The notes beneath the pieces were generated by a model that saw only the letters and a program-made list of their open reading frames with translations, was not told the origin of the DNA and did no database searches. This document shows positions 1 to 9,827 of a stretch of 43,800 nucleotides of DNA, piece by piece. Both the position numbers and the translations under genes were made by a program. Source of the stretch: a virus (taxonomy: Duplodnaviria > Caudoviricetes); IMG/VR virus record IMGVR_UViG_3300032097_000029, positions 1 to 43,800 of that record; one strand, 5' to 3'. The first letter of the stretch is position 1; each line of letters begins with the position of its first letter.

Positions 1-1908
1 TTAACGATGCTCGCTGATCTCGCCCTTGAGGCGCTCGATCAACTCGTCGACCTTGATCGAGCCCAGATCCTCGCCCGAGCGGGTGCGCACGGAGACCGAA
101 TCGGTGTCGATCTCGCGGTCGCCGGCGACCAGCAGGTAGGGCACGCGTTCGAGGGTGTGCTCGCGGATCTTGAAGCCGACCTTCTCATTGCGTAGATCGG
201 CTTGCGCTCGCAGGCCGGCGTCCTTGAGGCGCTCGGCCACTGCATCGACGTACTCGGCGTGCTTGTCGGTGATGCCCATGGTGACGGCCTGCGTCGGGGC
301 GAGCCACAGCGGCATCTGGCCGGCGTGATGCTCGATCAGGATGCCGATGAAACGCTCCATCGAGCCGACGATGGCGCGGTGGAGCATGACCGGGTGCTGG
401 CGCTCGCTGTGCTCGTCGATGTAGGTCGCGCCCAGGCGCTCGGGCATCATGAAATCCACCTGGATGGTGCCCAGCTGCCAGGTCCGGCCGATGGCATCGC
501 TCAAGTGGTATTCGATCTTCGGGCCGTAGAAGGCGCCTTCACCCGGCAGTTCCTCCCACTGGACGTCGGCGGCGCGCAGCGCGCTACGCAGCGCTTCTTC
601 CGCCTCGTCCCAGACCTCGTCGGCACCCATGCGCTTTTCCGGACGGGTGGCGATCTTTACCTGCACGTCGGTGAAACCGAAGGTCTCGTAGACCCCCAGT
701 GCCTGGCCGTGGAAGGCGCGCACCTCCGGCTCGATCTGCTTCTCGGTACAGAAGATGTGGCCGTCGTCCTGGGTGAAACCGCGCACTCGCAGGATGCCGT
801 GCAGCGCGCCCGAGGGCTCGTTGCGGTGGCAGGAGCCGAACTCGCCGTAGCGGATCGGCAGGTCGCGGTAGCTGTGCAGGCCGTGGTTGAACACCTGGAC
901 GTGGCCCGGGCAGTTCATCGGCTTGACCGCGTAGGTGCGCTTCTCCGACTCGGTGAAGAACATGTTCTCCTGGTAGTTGTCCCAGTGGCCGGACTTCTTC
1001 CACAGGGACACGTCCAGGATCTGCGGGCACTTGATCTCGTCATAGCCCGAGCGCTTGTAGACGCCGCGCATGTAGGATTCGATCACCTGCCAGATGGCCC
1101 AGCCACGCGGGTGCCAGAAGACCAGGCCCGGCGCCTCGTCCTGAAAGTGGAACAGGTCGAGCTGCTTGCCCAGGCGGCGGTGGTCGCGCTTCTCGGCCTC
1201 TTCGCGCTGCTTGAGATAGCGCTTGAGCTCCTTGTCGGACGCGAACGCCGTGCCGTAGACGCGGGTGAGCATCTCGTTGTCCGAGTCCCCGCGCCAGTAG
1301 GCACCGGCCACCTTCAGCAGCTTGAAGGCCTTGAGCTTGTTGGTGTGCGGCACGTGCGGGCCGCGGCAGAGATCGGTGAAGTCGCCCTGGGTATAGATGG
1401 AGAGCTCTTGCTCACCCGGGATGTCCTTGATGATCTCGACCTTGTAGTCCTCGCCCAGGTCCTTGAAGAAGCGCACGGCATCGTCGCGCTCCATCACACG
1501 GCGCTCGAGCTCGTCGCCCTCGCTGGCAAGCTCGCGCATGCGGGTCTCGATCTTCTCGAGGTCCTCGTCATTGAAGGGCCGGTCGAAGGCGAAGTCGTAG
1601 TAGAAGCCCTGGTCGATGACCGGGCCGATGGTGACCTGCGCCTCGGGGTAGAGCTGCTTGACCGCTTGGGCCATCAGGTGGGCGGTGGAGTGGCGGATGA
1701 TCTCGACGCCCTCCTGATCCTTCGCCGTGACGATGGCGATGTCCGCATCGTTCTCGACGGTGCGCGACAGATCGACGAGCTTGCCGTCGATCTTGCCGGC
1801 AACCGCGGCCTTGGCCAGGCCCGGACCGATGTCCGAGGCGACCTCGGCGAGCGAAACCGGGTGGTCGAACGTGCGCTGACTGCCGTCGGGTAGCGTAATA
1901 GTCGGCAT
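1..1908 (-). CDS. thrS: Threonyl-tRNA synthetase
   Basis: Starts [10 protein letters not shown] after a CAGGAGG RBS; TGS domain, [36 protein letters not shown] and [11 protein letters not shown] class II motifs. Start trimmed from the ORF-track 2016. Confidence 0.98.
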   Translation of the reverse strand: MPTITLPDGSQRTFDHPVSLAEVASDIGPGLAKAAVAGKIDGKLVDLSRTVENDADIAIVTAKDQEGVEIIRHSTAHLMAQAVKQLYPEAQVTIGPVIDQGFYYDFAFDRPFNDEDLEKIETRMRELASEGDELERRVMERDDAVRFFKDLGEDYKVEIIKDIPGEQELSIYTQGDFTDLCRGPHVPHTNKLKAFKLLKVAGAYWRGDSDNEMLTRVYGTAFASDKELKRYLKQREEAEKRDHRRLGKQLDLFHFQDEAPGLVFWHPRGWAIWQVIESYMRGVYKRSGYDEIKCPQILDVSLWKKSGHWDNYQENMFFTESEKRTYAVKPMNCPGHVQVFNHGLHSYRDLPIRYGEFGSCHRNEPSGALHGILRVRGFTQDDGHIFCTEKQIEPEVRAFHGQALGVYETFGFTDVQVKIATRPEKRMGADEVWDEAEEALRSALRAADVQWEELPGEGAFYGPKIEYHLSDAIGRTWQLGTIQVDFMMPERLGATYIDEHSERQHPVMLHRAIVGSMERFIGILIEHHAGQMPLWLAPTQAVTMGITDKHAEYVDAVAERLKDAGLRAQADLRNEKVGFKIREHTLERVPYLLVAGDREIDTDSVSVRTRSGEDLGSIKVDELIERLKGEISEHR

Positions 1909-1941
1909 GTGCCCTCCTGAAAAGCACTTGGGATGCCAGTG

Positions 1942-1962
1942 GCGGGCCCTACCAAAGCCCGC
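1942..1962 (-). promoter_or_regulatory. Putative thrS translational operator (tRNA-Thr anticodon-arm mimic)
   Basis: mRNA reads GCGGGCUU-UGGUA-GGGCCCGC about 35 nt before the ATG: a stem with a GGU (Thr anticodon) loop, as in established thrS autoregulation. Confidence 0.55.
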
Positions 1963-2193
1963 GTTTGCATCCGTGTGGGTCGAAGGGTGCGGACAGCATG
2001 GACCGTCGTGGCGCACCCGGGTAGCGGTGTTTTTAGGGCCGAAATCATACCAGAGCAGGGCGCGGCCGGGGAGGGCGATCGGCCGGTTTCAGGGGGTGCC
2101 TTGGCTCGTGCGTGCCCAGCGGAAGAGGCTGGTCATCTGTGCTTGGGGCAAGGACCCGTCGACAACCACCGACGGGTTCGCCAGTCGCACACG

Positions 2194-2227
2194 AAAAAGC
2201 CCGGCGAGCATGATGCTGCCGGGCTTT
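2194..2227 (-). terminator. Host rho-independent terminator downstream of the displaced tRNA 3' end
   Basis: On the minus strand AAAGCCCGGC...GCCGGGCTTTTT hairpin with U tract. Confidence 0.8.
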
Positions 2228-2233
2228 CAATGT

Positions 2234-2278
2234 TGGTAGGCGCGATTGGATTCGAACCAACGACCCCCACCATGTCAA
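2234..2278 (-). repeat. Prophage att site (displaced 3' 45 nt of tRNA-Val)
   Basis: TGGTAGGCGCGATTGGATTCGAACCAACGACCCCCACCATGTCAA is identical to 41413-41457; identity stops at the 5' edge of the anticodon loop. Confidence 0.95.
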
Positions 2279-2388
2279 AGTCATGCCCAGTCGGCGCTAA
2301 GTGACTGTGACGGCGTGTAAATGGCCCTTTTCAGGCGGCCACCTAGGGTGCAATGAGGGGCATGCAGGATCAACGAGATACACGCGTT

Positions 2389-2396
2389 TTTTGGAA
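2389..2396 (+). promoter_or_regulatory. Candidate integrase arm-type site TTTTGGAA
   Basis: The same octamer occurs three times with 11-bp periodicity near the other att end (41322-41351). Confidence 0.5.
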
Positions 2397-2399
2397 CGC

Positions 2400-3548
2400 T
2401 CAGCGCAGCGTGTCGAGGGCGAGGTCGGCGCGGACTGGGATGTAGTGGTCGTCGGTTAGGGCCTGGCGGCCGGACTCGAGGTAGATCTCGGTGGTCTTCT
2501 TGTCGCTGTGGGTCATCAGGGATTGGATGTAGTCCTTGGCGTAGCCCTGCTGCTCGTAGATCCGCGCGCCCAGGCTGCGGATCTCGTGGAAGGACGGCTG
2601 CTCATTGGCCGGGAGGTCGTCGAACAGGCCCGTTTCCTCGCGCAGGCGTTTGAAGGTGCGCGTGAGGTGGTTGGGCGTGACCTGGCTCCAGTGCTTCTTC
2701 GCGGCCATCTGGTCGCGCTTCATCTTCGCCGGGCGGTAATGGACGATGAACGGCGAGGCGATGCCCGACGCTCGCGCCCGGCCGATGATCTCGCCCAGCT
2801 GCTCGGTCATGCGGATCCGGATGAAGGCCATTTCCGAGATCTCGTCGGTTTTCTCGCGGATGAAGTACAGGTGATCGTCGCGCTGGTCGTCGAAGCGCAC
2901 GTGGGCGATCTCGTTGCGCCCCTGCAGCGTCACCAGGGCGAGTTCCATGGCGATCTGGAACCACGCCGGCGCGCGCTCGTGAATGGCCCAGAACTGATCG
3001 ATCTCAAGGCGCTGGCGCTTGCGGCGGTTGGCCTCGATCCGCTTGGACTGGTTGCGGGGCAGGGTGGCCTCGGGCTCGTTGTCGTCGACGTAGCCGCGGG
3101 CGATCGCGAAGCGCCACAGGTCGATCAATCTCGTCCTGTGTTTGTTGTAGGAATCCGCGCTGGGCAGCTTGGCCAGCCAGTCGCCTATCTCCGTGCGCGT
3201 GAGCCCGCGGATCATCCGCTGGCCGAACTCGCGCTGATAGCGGCGGTAGTAGCCCAGGTAGTTGGAGAGCGTGCGCTGGCTCAGCGCCTGATTGGGCAGG
3301 TAGTCGGTGATGAACTCGCCGACCACCTCGGAGACGGTCTTCTCGCCGGTCTCCAGCACGCGGGCGACGAGATCCGCCTCCTTGTCTAGGATGCGGTTGA
3401 GCTTGCGCGCCGCGGCGTTCGCCCGCGCCTTCTCCTGGCCAAGGGACTTCCAGCGGCCGGATTGCGGGTTGCGGTACTGGTACGCCCGGCCGTTGAAATA
3501 GAGGTTGTCCTCGAGGTCGGCATTCTTGCCGAGACGTCGCCTGCCCAC
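2400..3548 (-). CDS. int: Phage integrase, lambda-like tyrosine recombinase (from internal GTG)
   Basis: N-terminus VGRRRLGKNADLEDNLYFNGRAYQYRNPQSGRWKSLG resembles the lambda Int arm-binding domain; FHEIRSL, LMTHSD and TEIYL catalytic motifs; next to att. Confidence 0.9.
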   Translation of the reverse strand: MGRRRLGKNADLEDNLYFNGRAYQYRNPQSGRWKSLGQEKARANAAARKLNRILDKEADLVARVLETGEKTVSEVVGEFITDYLPNQALSQRTLSNYLGYYRRYQREFGQRMIRGLTRTEIGDWLAKLPSADSYNKHRTRLIDLWRFAIARGYVDDNEPEATLPRNQSKRIEANRRKRQRLEIDQFWAIHERAPAWFQIAMELALVTLQGRNEIAHVRFDDQRDDHLYFIREKTDEISEMAFIRIRMTEQLGEIIGRARASGIASPFIVHYRPAKMKRDQMAAKKHWSQVTPNHLTRTFKRLREETGLFDDLPANEQPSFHEIRSLGARIYEQQGYAKDYIQSLMTHSDKKTTEIYLESGRQALTDDHYIPVRADLALDTLR

Positions 3549-3752
3549 GTTCGTATCCCGCAACACACCGTCGACCAGCGAATCGCCGGTCAACGCGGTG
3601 AACTCATCCAGATCCACGAACCGGTTATCCCCGATTCGCCGGGCACCCTCGATCCGGCCCTCATCGAACCACTTGCGCAGCGTGCGCGGGTCCGGGGCCG
3701 ATCCCGGGGTGAATACCACCCGTCGGAACTCGGAAAGGTCCGCCAGTTTCAT
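3549..3752 (-). CDS. xis: Excisionase-like domain, in frame with the integrase (no stop codon)
   Basis: MKLADLSEFRRVVFTPGSAPDPRTLRKWFDEGRIEGARRIGDNRFVDLDEF resembles a lambda Xis winged-helix; canonical position upstream of int. Confidence 0.7.
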
Positions 3753-3793
3753 GGGAGCGTGGGGCGTTGGCAACGTGCGCGAGGTTCAGGCGC

Positions 3794-6559
3794 TCACGAA
3801 TCCGACGGGCCGCCGTAGCCCTCGACACGCTCGGAGACGTGCAGGCCGTAGGTCTCCAGGATGTCGAGATCCAGCGCCACCATGTGCGCGACCCGCTTGT
3901 AATCGATGCGCCGCTCGTGGCCCTTCTCCGGCTCGATCAGCACGCCCGCCTGGACCAGCTGGCGCTTGAGGATGGAATGGGACTTCACCGGCAACGCGTG
4001 GAACTTCTCCTTGAGGTGGTTGCTGTGCGCGATGTGATCCATCACGTGCCCGGTACGCACCAGCAGCGCGCGCCGCTCGCCATGGACGGGGTCCATGATG
4101 GTTTCGAACTTGTACGGGTGGACGAACCGGTGGGCGTCGATCTCCGAGAACAGCATTTCGAGGATCCACACCCACGGCTCGCGATCGGCCTTCGTCTCGC
4201 TGATGTGGCTGTTCATTTCCGCCACCACGTCACGCACGAAGTCGCCCTGGGTCCACTCCACGCCGGCGAACTCGGAAAGCAGCTTCCACGCCGTCAGCAC
4301 CGCCGCGTAGTTGCCGGCCATGCGCACCGCGCCGGCGTCGGATTCGGGCGCCCGGCACTTTTCAAGCAGCCTTGCGTTCATCTGCTGAAAGGTCGACTGA
4401 ACCTGCTCCCTCGTCAGCTTGGTGAGGAATTTCAGCCACTCGGCGACCGGGAACTGAGGCAGATCCTCACGCATCATCGGCCCCTTCTTGCCACTCAGAT
4501 CCGTGCGGACCACCTTGCCCAGCAGGCTCTTGACCGGCACGTCTTCACCGGCGAGCAGTACTGGGGCAGAGGCGACAAACTCCGTCATTTCCGAGCCACG
4601 GCGCGTCACCGTGAACTGATAGGCCTCCTGCAGCATGGCGACCGCCTTGTCGATCACGTCCTGCCGGCGGGCGGACAGCTCCTCCCAGCCGATCGGGTGC
4701 GAGGTGTGAGAGATTGACGTCAGCAGCCGGAACTCGGTATTGAGCGACTGCCCGGACAGCATCTGCATGCCAATCGTGCGTTCCAGTCGTTTGCTAAGAA
4801 TCGACTTACCAGAGGCCTTCTGCGCCTGCATGATCATGTGCGGCCAGAAGCCAAGGAACGCCTTGAGGTGGCCGCCCAGCGCCCAGACCAGCGGAATCAG
4901 CGCCGCGTTCTCCTTGAAGGTGCCCTGGTAGGCATCGATCACCTCGCGGGCGTGCCCCGGTGTGCCGCTCGGAAAGACCAGAGAGTGATAGGGGCACTGC
5001 TTCTCCGGCTCCGTGAAGTAGCTGTCCGCCCCCTCGTTGACGATCGGCCGCCCGTCACGCCACGCCAGCCCGACGAAGTTCACCGCGTGCCGCGCGCCGA
5101 GGTGCGCCGAGCGCTCGAGGATGGTCACCAGCCGCGCGAACTGCGCCGGGCGGAAGATCGGCCCGAACTTCCGCCATTGGTCGATGTTGTGCAGATGCTC
5201 GTCCTTGAACACCTTGCGTTGCAGCTTCGCCCCGTGGCGTGGTGCCTGCACGCTCACCGAAAAGATCGTCTCCGGCTGCGAGTCGGCATCACCGCCCAGT
5301 GCGCTCTGGGCGCTGGCGATGGTCACCCGGTTGATGCCGGCGATGCGGAACCCGCAGAGGTCCTCGTAATCCATTTTCGATTCTCCTGTGTCGTCATCTT
5401 CTTCTCGTTTTGAGACCCACCGCGTGAAGTCCTCCATCACGCGGAAACGCCAGTATTGAGCGAAGTCATGACTCGGCAGGTGCACCCGGGCCTTCCCGTG
5501 GTCCGGGTAATTATGATCGGCGGAAAAGCCCGGAATGGCCCACGGCTCCACGTTGCGCAGCGCCACCTTCACCTTGTTGGTGTCGCCCCGCTGCAGGATG
5601 TCGTTGAGGTCCTCGCCCGGCTCCCACTTCTCCCAGTTCACCAGCAGGGCGGCGATATTGGCGGCCGTCAGCCGTTCGTAGAGCGTCCAGGCAGCGTTGG
5701 CCCCCGGGCGCTGCCCGGCCATCCGGTGACCCACCGGGAACGGCTCGTCGTTGTCCATGCAGATCGTCACCCGCTTGCCGATGAACGGCCGCACGTCCAG
5801 CGTCTTGGCGTTGGCCGTGCCCCGCAGTGCCACCGCCGACGTGTACGGCATCCCGCAGGTCTCCACCGTCATCGCATTGATCGACGACTCCACGATCACC
5901 ACGTCCCGCGCCTGCCGGAACGCCCGCCAGTCCAGGCACCACGGCGCATCCTTCGGCCCCTGGGTGTTCGTCTTCACCCCGCCGTTGAGATCCGGGTCCT
6001 CGTAGCGGGTATCCACCGACAACACCTGGTTGGTCGACGGGCAGCGGACGAAGAACGCCACCCCCGGCCCGCCGTGGCCCACCTGGCCCACGGGTCGGGA
6101 ATCCGAATGCCAGTCGTTCCAGCCGATCGTCCCGGCGCGCAGAGCACGGTCGATCGCCGGTTCCTCGATGCCCCGGCCGCCCAGGTACTCCACGATCTGC
6201 TCGCGACCGCCCTTGCAGCGGTCCGCGATCCACTCCTCCTTCGTCTTCGGCTTGGCCGGGCCATTGGCGCGCGGGATCGGGTCGCGCTCGAGGCCGTACT
6301 CGTCGTGCAGCCAGTTCATCGCCTGGTGGAAATCAACCTGGCGGACGTACTGCACCAGCTTGATGGCGTCGCCCGCCTCGTCGGTGGAGTGGTCCTTGAA
6401 CAGCATCACGCCGTCGCGCCGGAACACCGACAGGCTCGGGTGCTTGTCCTTGTGCGCCGGGGACTTGTAGTTCCCCTGGCCATTGGGGCGCTCCAGCCCC
6501 AGACGGGTGGCCAGTTCGTGGAGGTCGACGCGGTCCTTGATCTGTTCTGCGGTTGCCAT
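3794..6559 (-). CDS. Primase-helicase replication protein (degenerate CHC2-like N-terminus, TOPRIM, P-loop domain)
   Basis: YKSPAHKDKHPSLSV...GDAIKLV N-terminus; TOPRIM VIVESSINAM, ICMDND, EDLNDIL; Walker A-like AQKASGKS and IGWEE. Confidence 0.8.
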   Translation of the reverse strand: MATAEQIKDRVDLHELATRLGLERPNGQGNYKSPAHKDKHPSLSVFRRDGVMLFKDHSTDEAGDAIKLVQYVRQVDFHQAMNWLHDEYGLERDPIPRANGPAKPKTKEEWIADRCKGGREQIVEYLGGRGIEEPAIDRALRAGTIGWNDWHSDSRPVGQVGHGGPGVAFFVRCPSTNQVLSVDTRYEDPDLNGGVKTNTQGPKDAPWCLDWRAFRQARDVVIVESSINAMTVETCGMPYTSAVALRGTANAKTLDVRPFIGKRVTICMDNDEPFPVGHRMAGQRPGANAAWTLYERLTAANIAALLVNWEKWEPGEDLNDILQRGDTNKVKVALRNVEPWAIPGFSADHNYPDHGKARVHLPSHDFAQYWRFRVMEDFTRWVSKREEDDDTGESKMDYEDLCGFRIAGINRVTIASAQSALGGDADSQPETIFSVSVQAPRHGAKLQRKVFKDEHLHNIDQWRKFGPIFRPAQFARLVTILERSAHLGARHAVNFVGLAWRDGRPIVNEGADSYFTEPEKQCPYHSLVFPSGTPGHAREVIDAYQGTFKENAALIPLVWALGGHLKAFLGFWPHMIMQAQKASGKSILSKRLERTIGMQMLSGQSLNTEFRLLTSISHTSHPIGWEELSARRQDVIDKAVAMLQEAYQFTVTRRGSEMTEFVASAPVLLAGEDVPVKSLLGKVVRTDLSGKKGPMMREDLPQFPVAEWLKFLTKLTREQVQSTFQQMNARLLEKCRAPESDAGAVRMAGNYAAVLTAWKLLSEFAGVEWTQGDFVRDVVAEMNSHISETKADREPWVWILEMLFSEIDAHRFVHPYKFETIMDPVHGERRALLVRTGHVMDHIAHSNHLKEKFHALPVKSHSILKRQLVQAGVLIEPEKGHERRIDYKRVAHMVALDLDILETYGLHVSERVEGYGGPSDS

Positions 6560-6616
6560 GGCAAGCCTTCTTGTCGTGTAGGTCGGTGGTTCGGGTGTTG
6601 GTTCCGGATGGAAGGA

Positions 6617-6997
6617 TCAGGGGCAGTTGTCGCCGCCGCAGTGCGGGCAGGGGCCGTATTGATCTTCCTCCCGCATGAACTTCCCGCACCATGAGCACTG
6701 GAACGGCGTGCGCGGAATCGGCTTAGGCTTGGCCAGACGAATTCCGGTGCCGGCGAGTGCTTCGCCCCGATCGACGTTCTGCATGTCGACAGCCGGCCGG
6801 GTGCGCGCATCGATGTAGCCCTTAGGCCACGGGATGTCCGTTTCGCGATCGTTGTTCTGGCGTACGGCCTGCTCCTTCGTGAAGACGTGGGCCCGGCTCA
6901 GGTCGGTGGTGTATCCCTTGCCGTCTTTCGCCCACCACATGAGGTCGTTGCCTACTACGGTGCGGCTGTCTTGCAGGTAATACAGCTCTTCCATCAC
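6617..6997 (-). CDS. Phage hypothetical protein with C-terminal Zn ribbon
   Basis: YYLQDSRTVVGNDLMWWAKDGKGYTTDL; CSWC...CPHC; AGGAGG RBS; overlap-coupled. Confidence 0.75.
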   Translation of the reverse strand: MMEELYYLQDSRTVVGNDLMWWAKDGKGYTTDLSRAHVFTKEQAVRQNNDRETDIPWPKGYIDARTRPAVDMQNVDRGEALAGTGIRLAKPKPIPRTPFQCSWCGKFMREEDQYGPCPHCGGDNCP

Positions 6998-7767
6998 GAA
7001 CCTCCTGTGGTGTGCTGCCGCGCCCAGTCGATAGCCGCGTCGTGTGCCTTATCGAAGGTCTCGCCGTAGACCCAACCAAGGCGGCAGTGGCCCCAGCTGT
7101 AGGATCGGCTTCTCTCGCCATGGGTGACGACCGGGCAGGAGACCTGCATGGCAACCCCGAAAACCCCCGCATCGCGGATCGACTCGATCAGGAATTCTTC
7201 GAGATCGAGATCCTGGTCGCTCTCGATCCCACCACTGATGTCGAACGGGTCGTCATTCTCGCCGGCCCACCCGGCGAAAAGCGGGTCCGTGGAGTTGTGG
7301 CGCTTTTGCCCTGGTCCGCTTTCGAGGAAATCAATCAGGTCTTCGATCGGGTCGTCGTATGGCGCTTCGAACTGGTCCGTAGCCATCGCATTGCCGATGT
7401 GGATCACCGTGCCGATTCGCATCAATGCATCCTCGGCCTGTTCCATCTGGACAGCCGGGCGACCGTCGATGCCGAGCGCCACCTCGTCCAGCGGCTCGCG
7501 ATGCTCCTTGGCCAAGTCGGCCTGCCACTTCTCCTTGATTGCCTTGGCGCGCTCCAACGCCTCGTCCTCGGTATCGAAGCGGTGAGGGGTATCGCCATCC
7601 TTCACCGGCATGGATCGCAAAGTGGGCGCGAATGACCGCTTGAAGGTGGTGGTGTCGATCAACGGGCAGAAACCCGGCTCGCCGTTTGTGAGGAACTGGA
7701 ATGCCTCGTTCAGGTTTCGGCCTTCGGCCTCCAGCCATTGGCGCTGTGCGTAGGTCAGTTCGGTCAT
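6994..7767 (-). CDS. Hypothetical acidic phage protein
   Basis: 257 aa, 4-bp start/stop overlaps with both neighbours. Confidence 0.75.
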   Translation of the reverse strand: MTELTYAQRQWLEAEGRNLNEAFQFLTNGEPGFCPLIDTTTFKRSFAPTLRSMPVKDGDTPHRFDTEDEALERAKAIKEKWQADLAKEHREPLDEVALGIDGRPAVQMEQAEDALMRIGTVIHIGNAMATDQFEAPYDDPIEDLIDFLESGPGQKRHNSTDPLFAGWAGENDDPFDISGGIESDQDLDLEEFLIESIRDAGVFGVAMQVSCPVVTHGERSRSYSWGHCRLGWVYGETFDKAHDAAIDWARQHTTGGS

Positions 7768-8003
7768 TGCTCTGCACCCTCCGTGCTCAACGGGAAAACC
7801 TCGTCCGCGTGGCGGCGCATGATCTCGGCCTCTGCCGGGGTTCTAGCGGTCTCGCGAATCTGGGCGTCGTAATCCCAATGGAACTGACAGCGGGCGCTGT
7901 CATCGAGCCGGTCGAGGATCTTGTCCTCGGTTTCCCCCGCGGGGACTTCCATGGCCACGGCCTTGGTGCAGGTCACGGAGATCTCTACCCATTTCGTTTT
8001 CAT
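7764..8003 (-). CDS. Hypothetical protein
   Basis: 79 aa, ATGA overlaps, GAAGG RBS. Confidence 0.7.
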   Translation of the reverse strand: MKTKWVEISVTCTKAVAMEVPAGETEDKILDRLDDSARCQFHWDYDAQIRETARTPAEAEIMRRHADEVFPLSTEGAEQ

Positions 8004-8308
8004 GCTTCACCTTCCTTCTTGATTACGCGCGGGCTCGGTTTTGCCGGCACTGAGACCCGGAGACCCAGGTGGTCGAGTAGGAGCCCCAGCCGCTCGTCGA
8101 CGTCGTCCACGTCCCGGCTCACGTTGTTGATGTGCTGCCTTGTATTGACGAGGCAGCTCTCGAAGTGGTCGCGTGCCAGGCCGATCTGGTTGCCGTTCTG
8201 CCGGATCTCCGCTCGCAGGCCGGATACCGTGATGGCGAGGAAGATCGACAGGGCGAGCGCCAACACGCTCGCGGCGCAAAGAATCACGATCACGGCTTCC
8301 ATGCTCAT
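8000..8308 (-). CDS. Membrane-anchored coiled-coil hypothetical protein
   Basis: MSMEAVIVILCAASVLALALSIFLAITV TM segment; GGAGG RBS; ATGA overlap. Confidence 0.65.
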   Translation of the reverse strand: MSMEAVIVILCAASVLALALSIFLAITVSGLRAEIRQNGNQIGLARDHFESCLVNTRQHINNVSRDVDDVDERLGLLLDHLGLRVSVPAKPSPRVIKKEGEA

Positions 8309-8619
8309 GACGCACCTCCGTACTCCCGGCAGGAACGGCACAGGCACGGGCCGTCGTAACCATCCGGGTGTTCATCGAGCAATTCAGTCAGTCCGAGCAG
8401 CTGGTCGCGCTCCTCTCGGATCGACTTGTGGCCTTTGGCCAGCCGCTCGACGTTCTCCCAGGTCTCTTCGTGGATTGGCCAGTCGTGCTCGACCACGACG
8501 CACTGTTCGGTCGGGATCTGGTACGAGACCAGGAACTCGCGCAGGTCGTCCTGCGTGTCAGAGTCGATCCGCTTTAGCTTCACGACGATGTAGCGCTCTT
8601 CTCGTTGGAACTGGCTCAT
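8305..8619 (-). CDS. Phage hypothetical protein
   Basis: MSQFQREERYIVVKLK...CVVVEHDWP; GGAGG RBS; ATGA overlap with the exonuclease. Confidence 0.7.
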   Translation of the reverse strand: MSQFQREERYIVVKLKRIDSDTQDDLREFLVSYQIPTEQCVVVEHDWPIHEETWENVERLAKGHKSIREERDQLLGLTELLDEHPDGYDGPCLCRSCREYGGAS

Positions 8620-9236
8620 GCCACTACCTCCCGGCTCTCTGCCATCTCGCGGATCACCTCCATGCTTTGGGTCACGCCGGTGACCAGCCGCGCGCAGTGG
8701 CGGGCGTCGTCGAGGGCGTTGTGCTTGGTGGCGGGGTCCTGCTTGGGCAGGACGATGCCGAATTGGTCGGCCAGTTCGGTGCAGTAGGTGCGGGCATCGC
8801 GCACGCCGCGGTAGGGGATGGGCATGGGCAGGCCGACGCGTTCGGACAGGCCCTGGATGATGCGCAGGTCGTACTCCGCTCCCCAGGCCCACCAGCGGAT
8901 GGACTTGTCGTTGAGCAGCTCGGGCATGGGCCGCCCGAGCGTTAGCTCGAGGAAGCCGGAGAGCTGCACCAGGGAGATCAGCGGGCCGGACTTCTCGCCG
9001 GGCAGGCAGTCGTTGCCGCCCTTGATGCCGCGCTCTTCCCAGAAGGCCAGCGTGTCAGAGTCGACCGACCCGCAGTTGGTGGCCGTGGCGAAGGGGATGG
9101 CGCGCTGGAAGCTGGCCACCACGCAGTCATCGGCGGGGCGGCTGCGATCGAAGGCGACGACGCCGATCTCGATCATGGCCGGCAGCTGGTCGCGGGAGAC
9201 GCTGAGCGCCTCCAGATCAATGCTCAGTTCAAGCAT
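8616..9236 (-). CDS. DEDDh 3'-5' exonuclease (phage type)
   Basis: IDLEAL, IEIGVVAFD, WGAEYD, RDART and HNALDDA motifs. Confidence 0.85.
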   Translation of the reverse strand: MLELSIDLEALSVSRDQLPAMIEIGVVAFDRSRPADDCVVASFQRAIPFATATNCGSVDSDTLAFWEERGIKGGNDCLPGEKSGPLISLVQLSGFLELTLGRPMPELLNDKSIRWWAWGAEYDLRIIQGLSERVGLPMPIPYRGVRDARTYCTELADQFGIVLPKQDPATKHNALDDARHCARLVTGVTQSMEVIREMAESREVVA

Positions 9237-9474
9237 GGGTGGTTCCTCGTTTGGTGGTTGTGGTGGCGCGGCGGCGTCTGGCCGGCAGGCGGTAGCGCAT
9301 GGGCTGGCCGGCGCCGATCAGCTTTCCCTTGCGGCGCAGGTCGGCCAGGGCGCTGGCCAGCTGCCCGGCGGTGAGGTCCGGGGCCAGGTAGTCGTCCAGC
9401 TCGTCCTTGGTCGCGCCGTTGGGGAAGGCGGGCATGGCGTTCATCACCAGGGCGTTGCGGAAATCAGGACGCAT
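9229..9474 (-). CDS. Small hypothetical protein, possible winged helix
   Basis: 81 aa, overlap-coupled; GATKDEL...QLASALADLRRKGKLI pattern. Confidence 0.55.
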   Translation of the reverse strand: MRPDFRNALVMNAMPAFPNGATKDELDDYLAPDLTAGQLASALADLRRKGKLIGAGQPMRYRLPARRRRATTTTKRGTTHA

Positions 9475-9769
9475 TGCCCACCCCCTGGTCGTGCAGCCAG
9501 ACCACGCCGGCGGGCGTGACCATCGGGCGTTGGTAGTAGCGGATCTGGCCGGTGCCCGGATGGCGGAATGTGCTGTTACGCACGGCCATCAGGCCCTGCT
9601 CGATGTACGGCTTTTTCGGCTTGGTGCTGCGCTTCTCGATCAGGCCGAGGCGGCGCAGCTCGGCGAACAGCTCGCGCTCGCCGATATGCAGAATCCCCGC
9701 GGCCGTCTCGACCGTGTAGTGGTTCGGCAGGTACCGGCTGGCGTTGGGTGGCTGGTGTTGCGTCTGCAT
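9464..9769 (-). CDS. Stand-alone antirepressor KilA-C (ANT) domain protein
   Basis: AAGILHIGERELFAELRRLGLI...KPKKPYIEQGLM...PMVTPAGVVWL; GGGAGG RBS. Confidence 0.8.
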   Translation of the reverse strand: MQTQHQPPNASRYLPNHYTVETAAGILHIGERELFAELRRLGLIEKRSTKPKKPYIEQGLMAVRNSTFRHPGTGQIRYYQRPMVTPAGVVWLHDQGVGNAS

Positions 9770-9827
9770 GCGTCCCTCCCGGGCCCGGCATCGCGGGCCT
9801 CATCTGGATGCGGAAAAATGGAAGCCG

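Noticed and set aside
202-1893. 563-aa + strand ORF
   Set aside because: Antisense shadow of thrS.
2234-2278. Second tRNA-Val gene
   Set aside because: Only the 3' half is present, with no D arm or 5' acceptor strand; it is the att duplicate.
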